Below, in pieces: positions 46,287-56,645 of a stretch of DNA of 64,000 nt; position 1 is the stretch's first letter, and each line of letters begins with the position of its first letter. The notes beneath the pieces are model-generated. The model was not told the origin of the DNA, did no database searches, and worked only from the letters and a program-made list of their open reading frames with translations. This stretch comes from an uncultured Gammaproteobacteria bacterium (GTDB taxonomy: Bacteria; Patescibacteriota; Patescibacteriia; Patescibacteriales; UBA12465): positions 52,782-116,781 of the forward strand of contig CAZJSQ010000001.1 in the NCBI GenBank assembly GCA_964548885.1, read 5' to 3'. The translations under genes were made by a program, and so were the position numbers.

Positions 46287-48176
46287 ATGAACAGATATTT
46301 AGCTCATTCATTTAGCATCTTCTGGTTTATTTTGAAATACGCCCTGATTATTCTTATCGCCGGTCTTATTCTTCTGATCATCGCGCTTGGCGGCGCCTAT
46401 AAGGATTTGCGAATCGCCGGCGAACAAGGCTTGGCCGGAAAAAACGATATCACCGCCGCCGTGGGCGCGATCAAGAATCAAGATTGGGAAACGGCTTTAA
46501 CCTTAACGGTCAAAGCCCGTTCCGAATTCGGCGACGCTTTGGCCAGCCTCGACGCCACCCGTTCCAATCCGGCCATCAAAAATTTCGGTCCTGTTCGCGT
46601 CCAAATCAATGATTTAGAATATCTCCTTAAAACCGCCGATATCCTTAGCCGTTCCTTGGAACGCGGTATTTCTATCGCCGGCGAATTGAGGAAAATCAGC
46701 GCCGCCGCCGGCAATCAGAATTTTATTGATTTTCCGGCGGCGGATAAAACCCGCTTCTTGAAATTTATCTACGAATCAGAGCCGGAATTAAACGGACTGA
46801 AAGCTAATCTTGATTTAGCCCTGCTTAATCTAAGCAAGATCCATAAGATTGGCGTCCTCTGGCCGGTGTATAGCCAGATAAGCGACATTAAACAAGAATT
46901 AATCCAGGTTTCCGAATTACTAAACAAAACCACGCCGCTCATAAAACTTCTTCCGGCCTTAGCCGGCTATCCGGTCGCGAGCCGTTTCTTGATTGTCCTT
47001 CAAAATAACGACGAACTGCGCCCGACCGGCGGCTTCATCGGCGTCTATGGGATAATGGAAAGCCGGAACGGTGAAATAATTTCTATTAATACCGATGACA
47101 GTTATCATCTGGATATGCCGGCTTCTTTATCGGATAAATGGAAAATGGAAGCGCCGAGCCCTATAAAAAAATATCTGAAAGTTGAAAAATGGTATTTGCG
47201 CGATTCTAATTGGTCGCCGGATTGGCCGACCGCCGCCGTCAAGGTCATGGAAATATACCATGGTGAAAATGCCGCCGCCGGCACCAGCACGCTTCCTTTT
47301 ACCGGCGTGGTCGCGCTTACGCCGGATTTTATCGGCGATCTGCTGCGTCTCGTCGGACCGATAGTCGTGCGCTCCGAAACTTATGACGCCAATAATTTTC
47401 AGCCCCTTCTGCAATATAACGTGGAAGTCGCTTATAAGGATCAAGATATCTCCCCTTGGGATCGCAAGGATATCGTCAATGAGTTAATGGGCGAGATTAA
47501 GAGCCGCTTATTTAAATTAGGCGCGGATAAATGGAGCGAGCTCATCAAGATCGCCGATAGTAATATCACCGAGAAAAATATCCAGGCTTATTTTCCTAAC
47601 GCCAGCTGGCAAAGTGTCGCTAAAGAAATGGGCGTAAGCGGAGAAATCAAAAAACCGATGAGTGATTATTTAATGGTCGTGGACGCCAATCTCGGCGCCT
47701 TTAAGAGCGATGCCGTCGTTAAAAAGGATATTTCTTATGCTCTAAATCAGAGCGCGGACGGGCTAAACGCCACGGTTCGGCTGGATTATCGCCATGAGGG
47801 CGGTTTTGACTGGCGGACGACCCGTTATCGCAGTTATACGCGCGTCTACGCGCCCTTAGGCAGTCATTTCATCAGTCTTAAGGGGATAAACGAGTCTACC
47901 GCCGATATCAGCGTCACGGACGATACTGGCCTTAATAAGACTGTTTTTGGCTTCTTTTGGACGATTGAGCCGGGAAGCGCCGGAAGCGCTATTTTAAGCT
48001 ATAGTTTGCCCGATAGAATAAATGTCCAAATGAAGGCCGGCGCTTACGAGCTCCTGATTCAGAGACAGGCCGGTTCCCGCATTAATTCCTTAAAAGCCAT
48101 TTTCAAGCCTCTCTCCGGTAAAACCAGGGAACGGAGCGGCGACCTGAATACCGATAAATATTTTACTTTTAATTAA
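46287..48176 (+). CDS. Membrane-anchored extracytoplasmic protein (DUF4012-like; hypothetical)
   Basis: An N-terminal TM (ALIILIAGLILLIIALGGA) and a 580-aa extracellular part. The family assignment is from memory of DUF4012 architecture and is unverified. Confidence 0.5.
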   Translation: MNRYLAHSFSIFWFILKYALIILIAGLILLIIALGGAYKDLRIAGEQGLAGKNDITAAVGAIKNQDWETALTLTVKARSEFGDALASLDATRSNPAIKNFGPVRVQINDLEYLLKTADILSRSLERGISIAGELRKISAAAGNQNFIDFPAADKTRFLKFIYESEPELNGLKANLDLALLNLSKIHKIGVLWPVYSQISDIKQELIQVSELLNKTTPLIKLLPALAGYPVASRFLIVLQNNDELRPTGGFIGVYGIMESRNGEIISINTDDSYHLDMPASLSDKWKMEAPSPIKKYLKVEKWYLRDSNWSPDWPTAAVKVMEIYHGENAAAGTSTLPFTGVVALTPDFIGDLLRLVGPIVVRSETYDANNFQPLLQYNVEVAYKDQDISPWDRKDIVNELMGEIKSRLFKLGADKWSELIKIADSNITEKNIQAYFPNASWQSVAKEMGVSGEIKKPMSDYLMVVDANLGAFKSDAVVKKDISYALNQSADGLNATVRLDYRHEGGFDWRTTRYRSYTRVYAPLGSHFISLKGINESTADISVTDDTGLNKTVFGFFWTIEPGSAGSAILSYSLPDRINVQMKAGAYELLIQRQAGSRINSLKAIFKPLSGKTRERSGDLNTDKYFTFN

Positions 48177-48218
48177 TATCTCTCCTAGATTGATATCTCG
48201 CCGGTTTTCGACTTAATA

Positions 48219-48256
48219 AAAAAGAACCGCGATTTAATCTCGCGGTTCTTTTTATA
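48219..48256. terminator. Bidirectional intrinsic terminator (9-bp perfect stem GAACCGCGA/TCGCGGTTC)
   Basis: AAAAAAGAACCGCGA-TTTAATC-TCGCGGTTCTTTTTAT between convergent genes. Confidence 0.8.
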
Positions 48257-48312
48257 TTCAAATTATCTTTTTAAGGCGTTGACTTTCGTAGACCTAATTA
48301 ATAGCTCGCGCT

Positions 48313-49617
48313 TTATTTAACCTCGAAGTTGGTGCTATAAGTTAAGCCGGAATTAAGACCCTTGACCTTGATATCCTGTTTCTCCTTCCTAACGTCGGGG
48401 ATGGTCAGGGAAGTATCAAAGCGGCCGTTTTTATCGGCGTTAGTAATCTTGATTCCAGTTGAGCCGATAAAGATTTGGAGCTGATCGTTAGCCCAGAAGC
48501 CGCCGCCGGTCAGGTTAACGACGCCGCCGACAGTCGCGGAATTATGATTCGCATTAAGATATAGGCTTTCTTGCGGTTTTTCGTCCATGTCTTCAATCGC
48601 TTTGACGGAAGCGATCTTATCTAATTTGCCGTCCAATAAAATAATATTGGAACTATTGAAGACGACTAAGATATCGCCTTTATCGGTATTGACCAGTTTT
48701 AAACCGATGGCCCAGCCCTGCGGTCCGCCGGACATAGTCGTATAGGCGAAATCGGCCACGGTGAATTTGTCTTTATTTAATTTAACGACGCCCAAGCCAT
48801 TGGAAAAATAAACGTAATCGTTACCGATAGTGCTTTCCATTCCATATCCGGCCGCGTCGAGATGTCTGAAAGAAGCCAGTAATTGGCCGGTCGTGGCGTC
48901 AAATTTCTTGGCGTAATAATCATCGATCGCGTAGATTTTGTTGTTTAAGACATCGAGATAGGCTTTATGATTCTTATTATCGGAAGCGAAGTTAAGAGAG
49001 ATTTCTTTAGTCACTTGGCGGCTGGAGCGATTAAAAATTTTAATTTTGGAATCCCCGATAGCTAAAATCTTATCGTTAGCGCCGTTACTGGTAACGCTGT
49101 AAGGTTCCACGCCGGTAAAATTATAAGAATCGATCACGTCTAAATTGCTATTGATGATCTTAACGCCCTTATCGCTGATCAAAGTTAAACTGTCGCCCAA
49201 CTTTTCTATCTCTTTATACCACTCCCAATAATTATTTTTTACCTTATTGACGAGCGTCAGGGAGTTGAGTTCAGAAAAATCATACTTAAAGACAGTATAT
49301 TGGGAAATCGCGTAGACATAGAGACTGCCGTTCTCAGACGCGAATCTTAGGTCGGAATAATCGTTATAGGAATTGAAAGTCGGATTATAGTCTTTCACCT
49401 TCACTAAAAGATCCACATCATTGCCGTTTAACTTGAAAATTTCCAAGTAACCGGAATTGGCGGTACCGAAAATAAGCTGGCCGCGATAACTAATCGCGTC
49501 GCCGGAATAATACGGCTGGATTTTAGTGCTCCCGGAATTGATGAAAACCAAGGGAGTGAGAATAATCGCCGCCGAGAAAATCAGGGCGATTCGTTTGAAT
49601 AATTTTTTCTTAATCAT
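48313..49617 (-). CDS. Secreted hypothetical protein, probable beta-propeller or repeat fold
   Basis: Signal peptide (ALIFSAAIILTPLVFINS). A 434-aa protein rich in Y/N/S/G beta-strand repeats. Confidence 0.55.
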   Translation of the reverse strand: MIKKKLFKRIALIFSAAIILTPLVFINSGSTKIQPYYSGDAISYRGQLIFGTANSGYLEIFKLNGNDVDLLVKVKDYNPTFNSYNDYSDLRFASENGSLYVYAISQYTVFKYDFSELNSLTLVNKVKNNYWEWYKEIEKLGDSLTLISDKGVKIINSNLDVIDSYNFTGVEPYSVTSNGANDKILAIGDSKIKIFNRSSRQVTKEISLNFASDNKNHKAYLDVLNNKIYAIDDYYAKKFDATTGQLLASFRHLDAAGYGMESTIGNDYVYFSNGLGVVKLNKDKFTVADFAYTTMSGGPQGWAIGLKLVNTDKGDILVVFNSSNIILLDGKLDKIASVKAIEDMDEKPQESLYLNANHNSATVGGVVNLTGGGFWANDQLQIFIGSTGIKITNADKNGRFDTSLTIPDVRKEKQDIKVKGLNSGLTYSTNFEVK

Positions 49618-49774
49618 ATATGACTTATATTTGAATAAAATTTTAAATACTGGTCTATTCTAAAACCGGTATTTCTTGGCTTTTTAATTATTTTTTTATG
49701 TAATCTAAAGAGTTTATCACTTTTTAAATAAACAGTCAAGAGTAAAAGATTGGCTGCATTTTAAAATTAAAAGA

Positions 49775-49803
49775 TTGACACATATTAAGATAAATGATAT
49801 TAT
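49775..49803 (+). promoter_or_regulatory. Sigma70-like promoter (TTGACA, 17-nt spacer, TATTAT)
   Basis: Consensus elements lie ~85 nt upstream of the gene at 49889. Confidence 0.45.
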
Positions 49804-49888
49804 AAAAGATTCTAAATATTATTAAGAGAAATTTTAAGAAATTTGGACAAAAATAGAACTTTAAAAACTTAACTAATACTGATACATA

Positions 49889-50989
49889 ATGAAAAAAGTA
49901 ATTTTTCTTATTTTATTATTAGGCGCTTTTTGCGTTAACAATTTGCGAGCGCAAAAATTGCAGGCGCCCTGGTATCTTCCGACGATGAGCCTGGAAGAAG
50001 CCAGGCAGCTTAAGGGCTACGATTGGGTCATAGTCGATCCGGAAATTATCTTCAATAGTAGAGCATCTTTAGATGCTCTGCGCGCGGATAATCCTAATAT
50101 TAAAATCTACTGCTACTTTAATGTGGCAGAATGGTTTTTCCCAATGTGGGATGATAAGCCTTGGTCCAAAAACATTGTCTCTTTCTTAGATAAGAAAGAG
50201 GAATGGTTCCTACACGGTAAAGACGGGAAAAGGTTGAATTTCTGGACGGACGAAAAAACCGGGAAGAAAATGCTGACTATGAATTGTCGCATAGACTGTC
50301 CAAAATTACCGGTCTATTCGATTAACGAAAAAATGAGTTATATCGAATTCATTACCGATCGTTTTGTTCAGGATATTCTTAGAACTTATCCATTTGACGG
50401 CGTATTAATGGATAATCTTTGGTATCGTATTACCTGGTTAGGCAAATACGGAACCAACAAAAGTGGTTTTGACTACGGGTTCATACAAAATAACGATTCA
50501 GTATCGTTGAATCTGCTTTGGAAACAGGGGATGGATTACTGTCTGAATACGCTGAAAAATTTTGGCGGTCCGGACTTTATTCTTGTCGGCAATCCTGGTC
50601 ACTTGAGCTACCCGCAGTGTTCAGGAAAGATGTTTGAAAACTTTCCTGAGATCTATCTAAATAAAAAAGATACGCTCTATGAAGCGTGGTATGAAAATCT
50701 CAACAATGCCGCGACTTTCGCGCCAGGTCCTTGCATCTTCAACGCCCGAGCCGACAATTATTTTTTTACTCTTTGCTCGGCCATGCTTCTTGATAATGTT
50801 TATTTTTCATATTTACAAAATCAAAAATATGAAAGTAAATATAATCTGGAACTGGGCAAGCCGCTGGGGCCCGCGCAAGCAGGTAACAGCATTCATAGCC
50901 GAGTTTACGAGAACGGAACAGTTTTCGTTAATCCTCTATTCGAGAAAGCTTGGATAACCTACAACGACGGACGGGAACGAAAAGAATAA
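49889..50989 (+). CDS. Secreted hypothetical protein, possibly a glycoside-hydrolase-like TIM barrel
   Basis: Signal peptide (LLLGAFCVNNLRAQ) and a Trp/Tyr-rich 366-aa protein. The GH-like call is weak and from memory of DUF4015-type proteins. Confidence 0.45.
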   Translation: MKKVIFLILLLGAFCVNNLRAQKLQAPWYLPTMSLEEARQLKGYDWVIVDPEIIFNSRASLDALRADNPNIKIYCYFNVAEWFFPMWDDKPWSKNIVSFLDKKEEWFLHGKDGKRLNFWTDEKTGKKMLTMNCRIDCPKLPVYSINEKMSYIEFITDRFVQDILRTYPFDGVLMDNLWYRITWLGKYGTNKSGFDYGFIQNNDSVSLNLLWKQGMDYCLNTLKNFGGPDFILVGNPGHLSYPQCSGKMFENFPEIYLNKKDTLYEAWYENLNNAATFAPGPCIFNARADNYFFTLCSAMLLDNVYFSYLQNQKYESKYNLELGKPLGPAQAGNSIHSRVYENGTVFVNPLFEKAWITYNDGRERKE

Positions 50990-51026
50990 TCCGCTAAAGG
51001 ATTAAGAACAAAAAGAATTTAAAATC

Positions 51027-51070
51027 AAAAAAACCGCTTATTCGCAAGGAGAAAGCGGTTTTATTTTTGC
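51027..51070. terminator. Bidirectional intrinsic terminator
   Basis: AAAAAAACCGCTT-ATTCGCAAGGAGA-AAGCGGTTTTATTTTTG. Confidence 0.65.
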
Positions 51071-51146
51071 TCGGTTATCTTTTAAGCGAAACGGTCTAAT
51101 GAGCCGAAATTACCGATGGACCTAAACTATTAATAAGCCTAAACCG

Positions 51147-52496
51147 TTAAACAACCAGATCATCTTTATCTCGTTTACTCTCCAAATAAGCGAACATCAG
51201 CGCGCCATTAAGCGCCCAGAAGCTCCACTGCAGGGAGGAATCTTTTAAAATATTGTCGCCCGCGCTGAAAAGATAGAGGGAAACAAAAAAGACGAACATA
51301 AACAGAAACAATAATTTCCGCCGCGGCCATTGCTCGTTCCTAAAACCCTGAACCAAGCGCGCTAAGAGATTAATGATCAAAGCGAGATAGGCGGCCAGAC
51401 CGATGGCACCGGTTTCCAAGAGAACTTTTATATAATCATTGTGCGGCTCGCTGGAACCTAAAATAGCGGACCGGTTATTGCCGATGACTATCGGGGCGGT
51501 TCCCGGACCGTAGCCTAATAGAGGTCGACTTTGAGCGTAACCGAGCGCGTCGCGCCATAAATCCAGACGCCAGACGGTTGAATCTGTCGCCGAGAAAGAA
51601 ACCAGACTGTTCACCCTTTCCTGGAAAGGGATGAAGATAATGTAAAAAACAATAATCAGGCCTAAACCGGCCAATAAGAAAGCCCGGAAGCGAGTCAGGC
51701 CGATTAAGAAAAAAATAATGAACAGGCAGAGCCAAGCGCCGCGGGTATAGGTTAAAACTAAAACAACCAAGAAAGGCGCCGCCAAGACAAGATATAAATA
51801 TCTTTCCACCGCCTGTTTTTTTAAAGATAAAAAAATGAAACAAGCGAGAGTGATGACGAAGACCAAATAGAAGGCGAGCATATTCGGATGGACGAAAGTC
51901 CCGTTCAAGCGCCAGCGCTCGCCGTCAAATACGCCCTGTCTATTAAGCGCCTGCCAGACGGCTACGGCTGTCGGAATAAGAGAAGAGGCGATAAGTATCC
52001 TGATAAGACTCGTTAAGCGCTTGCTGCCCCTAAAAAGATAGAAGCCGAGAACAAATAAGGCGAAGAAGCTCAACCAGCGCAAGAATTCCACCAGGCTCGC
52101 GCTCAAGCTGATGGAATTAAAAGATAGAGCGGCGGCCAAGACCAAAAATAATATCCAAGAACCGGCTAAAGGCATCTTTTTCCGCCAGCCCTTATTTTTG
52201 ATAAAAACCGCGGCCGCGAAAATAAGAACGATAACGCCCATGAGCGAAGTGAAGTTGACGCCCAGCTCGCCAAGGGAAAAGATATTCCGGTCGGTCAAAA
52301 AATCGGACGCCGTCCGCATAATAATAAGAACCGCGAAAGCGACGCGAGGATAAAAGAAAGAAGCGGTGAAAGCGCCGAGCGCCAGAATCGTTAGTAATAA
52401 CAAGCCCGGGCTTTGCGTCCAAAATATCGCGATCAAAAAAGAGACCGCCAGGAAAACGGCCGCGGCGAGAGTGAATGAACGCTTAGTCTTTTCCAT
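51147..52496 (-). CDS. O-antigen ligase / polymerase family membrane protein (Wzy_C-like)
   Basis: About 12 TM helices with a large periplasmic loop; the size and topology are typical of the O-antigen ligase family. The start is trimmed to the internal Met (MEKTKRS) because the ORF-track N-terminus (to 52691) overlaps the divergent GT4 gene by 95 nt. Confidence 0.6.
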   Translation of the reverse strand: MEKTKRSFTLAAAVFLAVSFLIAIFWTQSPGLLLLTILALGAFTASFFYPRVAFAVLIIMRTASDFLTDRNIFSLGELGVNFTSLMGVIVLIFAAAVFIKNKGWRKKMPLAGSWILFLVLAAALSFNSISLSASLVEFLRWLSFFALFVLGFYLFRGSKRLTSLIRILIASSLIPTAVAVWQALNRQGVFDGERWRLNGTFVHPNMLAFYLVFVITLACFIFLSLKKQAVERYLYLVLAAPFLVVLVLTYTRGAWLCLFIIFFLIGLTRFRAFLLAGLGLIIVFYIIFIPFQERVNSLVSFSATDSTVWRLDLWRDALGYAQSRPLLGYGPGTAPIVIGNNRSAILGSSEPHNDYIKVLLETGAIGLAAYLALIINLLARLVQGFRNEQWPRRKLLFLFMFVFFVSLYLFSAGDNILKDSSLQWSFWALNGALMFAYLESKRDKDDLVV

Positions 52497-52595
52497 AAGA
52501 AATGCTATAATTATACATATTTCAATTTTATCAATAAAAGCTGGAAAGTCAAAGTGCGCCGCTAAAAAGCCAAGCGCCGCAATCAAAAAACTAAA

Positions 52596-53879
52596 ATGCG
52601 CATTCTCCAAGTTAATAAATTTTATTACCCCAAGGGCGGGGCGGATAAATACTTCCTCGACCTGACTAAAGCCTTGAACGCGGCCGGACACGAGACCGCG
52701 GTTTTCGCTATGGCCGATCCGCGCAATTTAAAATCACCCTATTCCAAATATTTCGCGGCGGCGGCGGAGTTTAACGGCGGCGGTTTAAAAGATAAATTGA
52801 AAATTCCGGGGCGGATGATTTATAGCCGAACCGCTCAACGTAAATTCGCGCGCGAGCTTGATGATTTCAAGCCCGATATCGTCCATGTCCATAATATCTA
52901 TCATCAGCTTTCGCCGTCAATTTTAGAAGCGGCCAAAGCCAGAGGAATTCCGGTCGTGACGCATCTTCATGACTATAAGTTAGTTTGTCCGAATTATCGC
53001 TTATTCACGAAAGGACATATTTGCCGAAAATGCTTGGATAGGAAAAGCTACTTACCCTGTTTAGCCAATAACTGTTATGAGTCTTATTCACGAAGCTTTT
53101 TGGCGACATTAGAAATGACTATCCATCATAAATGGCTTCATATCTATGAGAAGAATATTAATTTATTAATCGCCCCCAGCGAATTCATGCGGCGCTTGAT
53201 GATTGAGGGCGGTTGGCCGGAAGAGAAAATTATCACGGTTTATAATCCGGCGCCAAGAGTTTCCGAGGCGCTTTTAAACACGGAAGACGGCCTATTGAAA
53301 AATGATTATCAAAATAATTACCCGGAAGAAGATTATTTATTATACTTCGGACGCCTGGCGCCGGAAAAGGGAATCAGTGATTTAGCCAAGGCCGTAAGAT
53401 CCGCCGGCCGGCACAGCGGTCAAAAGTTACATATTGTCGGCGAGGGTTCGGAAGAAAAAAACATTCGGACGGAGTTCGGCCCGGAAATAAAAAGCGGGCA
53501 GATAAAATTATTGGGTCAGCTCTCCGGTCAATCTTTAAACGATGAAATCGCCCAAGCGCGCGCGGTTATCTTTCCGTCAATCTGGCCGGAGAATATGCCG
53601 CTCGCCCTTCTTGAGTCTTTAGCCCAAGGGAAAATAGTCATCGCCAGCCGCGTCGGCGGCTTGCCGGAAATAATCAAAGATAAAGAAAACGGCTTCCTGT
53701 TCAAAGCCGGCGATATCAAGGAACTGGAGGCGGTAATTAGAGCGGTTTGCGAGCTTAAATTTGAAGCTAAAAGAAATATAGAACTTAAGGCCAGAGAGAG
53801 TGCCCGGATACTTAACCCTGATAGCCATCTGGTCAAGATACTACAAATATACTCAAAGTTAGCCAAAAAATCGGGGTAA
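52596..53879 (+). CDS. Family 4 glycosyltransferase (GT4; Glycos_transf_1)
   Basis: The C-terminal domain FPSIWPENMPLALLESLAQGKIVIASRVGGLPEII matches the GT4 E-x7-E region. Length is 427 aa. Confidence 0.85.
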   Translation: MRILQVNKFYYPKGGADKYFLDLTKALNAAGHETAVFAMADPRNLKSPYSKYFAAAAEFNGGGLKDKLKIPGRMIYSRTAQRKFARELDDFKPDIVHVHNIYHQLSPSILEAAKARGIPVVTHLHDYKLVCPNYRLFTKGHICRKCLDRKSYLPCLANNCYESYSRSFLATLEMTIHHKWLHIYEKNINLLIAPSEFMRRLMIEGGWPEEKIITVYNPAPRVSEALLNTEDGLLKNDYQNNYPEEDYLLYFGRLAPEKGISDLAKAVRSAGRHSGQKLHIVGEGSEEKNIRTEFGPEIKSGQIKLLGQLSGQSLNDEIAQARAVIFPSIWPENMPLALLESLAQGKIVIASRVGGLPEIIKDKENGFLFKAGDIKELEAVIRAVCELKFEAKRNIELKARESARILNPDSHLVKILQIYSKLAKKSG

Positions 53880-53949
53880 ACCCGATTTTCCTTTACCCAT
53901 TGACTAAAAAAATATAATATGTTATTGTGATAAGTCATCGAATAAATCT

Positions 53950-54597
53950 ATGGAAATTACAAGTTTTCTAAAAATAATTAAAAAACGTCAAGGGGCGATT
54001 ATTGCTTCTGTTTTGATTTTTCTGGCGATTGCTATGGTGATAACCTTCAGCCAACCGTTGAAATATCGGGTTAGCTCCCGCTTACTGATTATCTCCGACG
54101 GGGCTATTTCCGATCCTTATACCATCGCAAAATCCAATCAATATCTAAGCTCCTTATTGTCCGAGGCGGTTTATTCCGGTTCTTTCTTCCAGCTTTTAAC
54201 CGCTTCCAATTATGATATCAACTGGAATTATTTCAGCGGCGATTACAAGAAGCAGATTAAAATATGGAAGAAAAGCATTATGACCCGCAGCGTCAACGAT
54301 ACCGGCGTTCTGGAAGTGGAAGTCTATCATCCGGATCCTTACCAGGCGAGGCAAATAGCTTATGCCGTCAATAACGCTTTAATCACCCAAAATAATGTTT
54401 ATCAAGGTTCGGCGACCGGTTTAAGAGTCAAGGTCATTGACGAACCGACGGTCTCTTCTTATCCGGTCAAACCGAACCTGCCTTTGAACGCCGGCGCGGC
54501 CATTATTTTCGGCGGCGCTTTCGGCTTGGCGTATATCTATTATTTTCCGATCAGCCGCAAGGAAAGACGTTTGACCATTTTGAAAAATTTACGATAA
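53950..54597 (+). CDS. Wzz-like polysaccharide chain-length determinant / LPS biosynthesis protein (short form)
   Basis: An N-terminal TM, a periplasmic domain, and a C-terminal TM with a Gly-rich AGAAIIFGGAFGLAYIYYF. It sits within the glycan cluster. Confidence 0.5.
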   Translation: MEITSFLKIIKKRQGAIIASVLIFLAIAMVITFSQPLKYRVSSRLLIISDGAISDPYTIAKSNQYLSSLLSEAVYSGSFFQLLTASNYDINWNYFSGDYKKQIKIWKKSIMTRSVNDTGVLEVEVYHPDPYQARQIAYAVNNALITQNNVYQGSATGLRVKVIDEPTVSSYPVKPNLPLNAGAAIIFGGAFGLAYIYYFPISRKERRLTILKNLR

Positions 54598-54617
54598 CGG
54601 CGGTGCTATAGCCGAGA

Positions 54618-54681
54618 GGGAATCAGATAATTAATTCCCCTTGGACTTGAAGGCCCGAAAAATATTCGGTCCTTAAAGTCC
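54618..54681 (+). other. Two consecutive stable hairpins in the intergenic region (GGGAAT...ATTCCC; GGACTTGAAGGCCCGAA...TTCGGTCCTTAAAGTCC)
   Basis: Inverted repeats seen directly. The second has a 17-bp stem with 2 mismatches, and no T-run follows. Confidence 0.4.
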
Positions 54682-54726
54682 AAGATGACCTTTAAAAATT
54701 GAATATAAAAATAACTAATACTTGTT

Positions 54727-55605
54727 GTGATGAAAAAGAAAATTTTGCTGATTATTTTTCTTCTTCTTTTAGCGTTACTAACGCTAGGAGAAAAAGCTCA
54801 AGCTCAAGAACTTATAGGCCTGGCGGGAGCGGGATTATTCCGCACCATACCAACCGCCGAAAGAACTATCGGCGACTTCGAGTTCATTGAAGGCCGACTG
54901 ATGTTTGGTAATAAGATCAGGTTCGGCCCGATGGCCAACTATACCTGGGCTTACGCCAGAATGAGTGAAGAAGACCCTTTCTATTACAAAGGGCGATTCT
55001 ATACTCTAGGCTTATCGTTTGATACCTGGGGTAAAGCTCTCGGATTGCACTATTACTCATGGCTCAATTCCGGCATCCGCTGGAGTTATGACCGGGGCGC
55101 CTCTACTGTTTACAATTCTTGGCAAAGAGATAAGCTCTTCCTGATTCAGGGAGGTTTGAGATTGACCAAGATTGAAAGTAAATGGTTCAGCAATAGCCTA
55201 TTTATGGGTGAACTGCTAGAGCCGATTGAAAACGGTGAAAACCGTTACAGCACTATTCCCGATATAGTCGTTGCCGGGACTCCTTATAAGAAAGGCGGAT
55301 ACCGTCTCACTTATGAAACAGGAATAAAAAAATTTGCGTTTTCCGTTAGGGAACGGGAAATCAGGTTTGAACCTATCGCCCATCTCGGGTATGGCTCGGA
55401 GAAAGCTTATAACCGCCAGTATATTGAATACGGCGGCGGATTTGCCTTTAGCTATTTTAAGGAATGGCAGAGGGAATTATTCAAGATTAAAGCATTTCAG
55501 CACCAAGATCTTGATGGGTATAACCCGCAAAGTAATGACGGCTCTCAACCGCCACGATTGCAGGTCGAAATTGTAATTAACCTGCTTAACTGGAAAATTA
55601 ACTAG
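54727..55605 (+). CDS. Secreted hypothetical protein (aromatic/Gly-rich, possible beta-barrel)
   Basis: Signal peptide (LLIIFLLLLALLTLGEKAQAQ). Length is 292 aa. Confidence 0.55.
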   Translation: MMKKKILLIIFLLLLALLTLGEKAQAQELIGLAGAGLFRTIPTAERTIGDFEFIEGRLMFGNKIRFGPMANYTWAYARMSEEDPFYYKGRFYTLGLSFDTWGKALGLHYYSWLNSGIRWSYDRGASTVYNSWQRDKLFLIQGGLRLTKIESKWFSNSLFMGELLEPIENGENRYSTIPDIVVAGTPYKKGGYRLTYETGIKKFAFSVREREIRFEPIAHLGYGSEKAYNRQYIEYGGGFAFSYFKEWQRELFKIKAFQHQDLDGYNPQSNDGSQPPRLQVEIVINLLNWKIN

Positions 55606-55647
55606 AATGAAAAAAATTATCACAAATTAAAAAAGGAGAAATTAATC

Positions 55648-56630
55648 ATGGAAACGAAAAAACCGAATGTCACAGGAAAAAAAGCAAATTCTATCCGTTT
55701 CGATGGATAATAGTAGGAATACTTTTACTGTTATTAGTTGGAGCCTTAGTTGCGAGCTATATTTGCTCTCATCACAGACAAGTCAAGAATATCAACTGGG
55801 TCGAAATTGACTCAACTTATCTGGCAAATCTTAAGAAAGACTCGCAGAGTTTATTGGATTTAAGAGGAGAATTCGAAAGCACTAAGTCTGCTCTGAAAAT
55901 GAGTACGGATCAGACGATAATACTGCAGTATGAACTGGATAAATGCCTGGGAGTAAAGAAGACGGTCGTGAAAAATACGACTTCGACCGCGAAGAAATTA
56001 TTGCCGCCACCTCCTCCACCTCCTCCTAAACCAAAAGCTGCAGCCGTTAGTTCGACTGATTTAGTTGCTAAAGAAACCTTCAAGCCGCCAGCCGAGAAAC
56101 CAAAGATGGAATCAACCTACAAAACTTCTCTGGATGGAACAAAATTTATTGGCCTGAAGGACGGAGATTTTTACATCACCATTTCCGACGGCGGTTATCT
56201 GCAGTATGTTTTCGCTAAAAGATTGTACGACGAAGCCGGTGGTAAAGGAATGCCGGAATTAAATTCTAAGGGGAGTGGTAAGTTGTTTGAGTTAGATGGC
56301 GATTTCTATATTTATATAGATAAAACAGCGCCGGCGACCGGAGTTGCCCTAACGCACACTTACTTATGGACTGTGTACATAGGCGATAGAGATGGTTACA
56401 GCGCATACTTGCCGCATGAACTCATTAAGCCGGATATAATTCGGGCTAGAGGGGAATTGGCAGGTACTATCAGCCCGGAAGACGTGATAAAAATCGGAGA
56501 ATCAGTCTCCGAAATTCAAAATGGTCGAATAAAGCCTAATAAAATTACGGCTATTGGTGATTACGACGGTTTGAAATATGAAGGGTGGCATTTCTGCACC
56601 CCCGTTATGTATAAAACCATGCAGGAGTAG
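55648..56630 (+). CDS. Hypothetical membrane-anchored proline-rich protein whose reading frame is interrupted in an A7 tract (frameshift or homopolymer error); the in-frame ORF-track segment is 55854..56630
   Basis: A strong RBS (AAAAGGAG) precedes the ATG at 55648, which gives the 20-aa METKKPNVTGKKANSIRFDG. One extra A in the A7 run at 55677-55683 would join this to the frame encoding the TM helix WIIVGILLLLLVGALVASYIC and the 258-aa ORF. That frame has no start codon of its own before 55854. Confidence 0.45.
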
Positions 56631-56645
56631 TTCTCTACAAAAATA

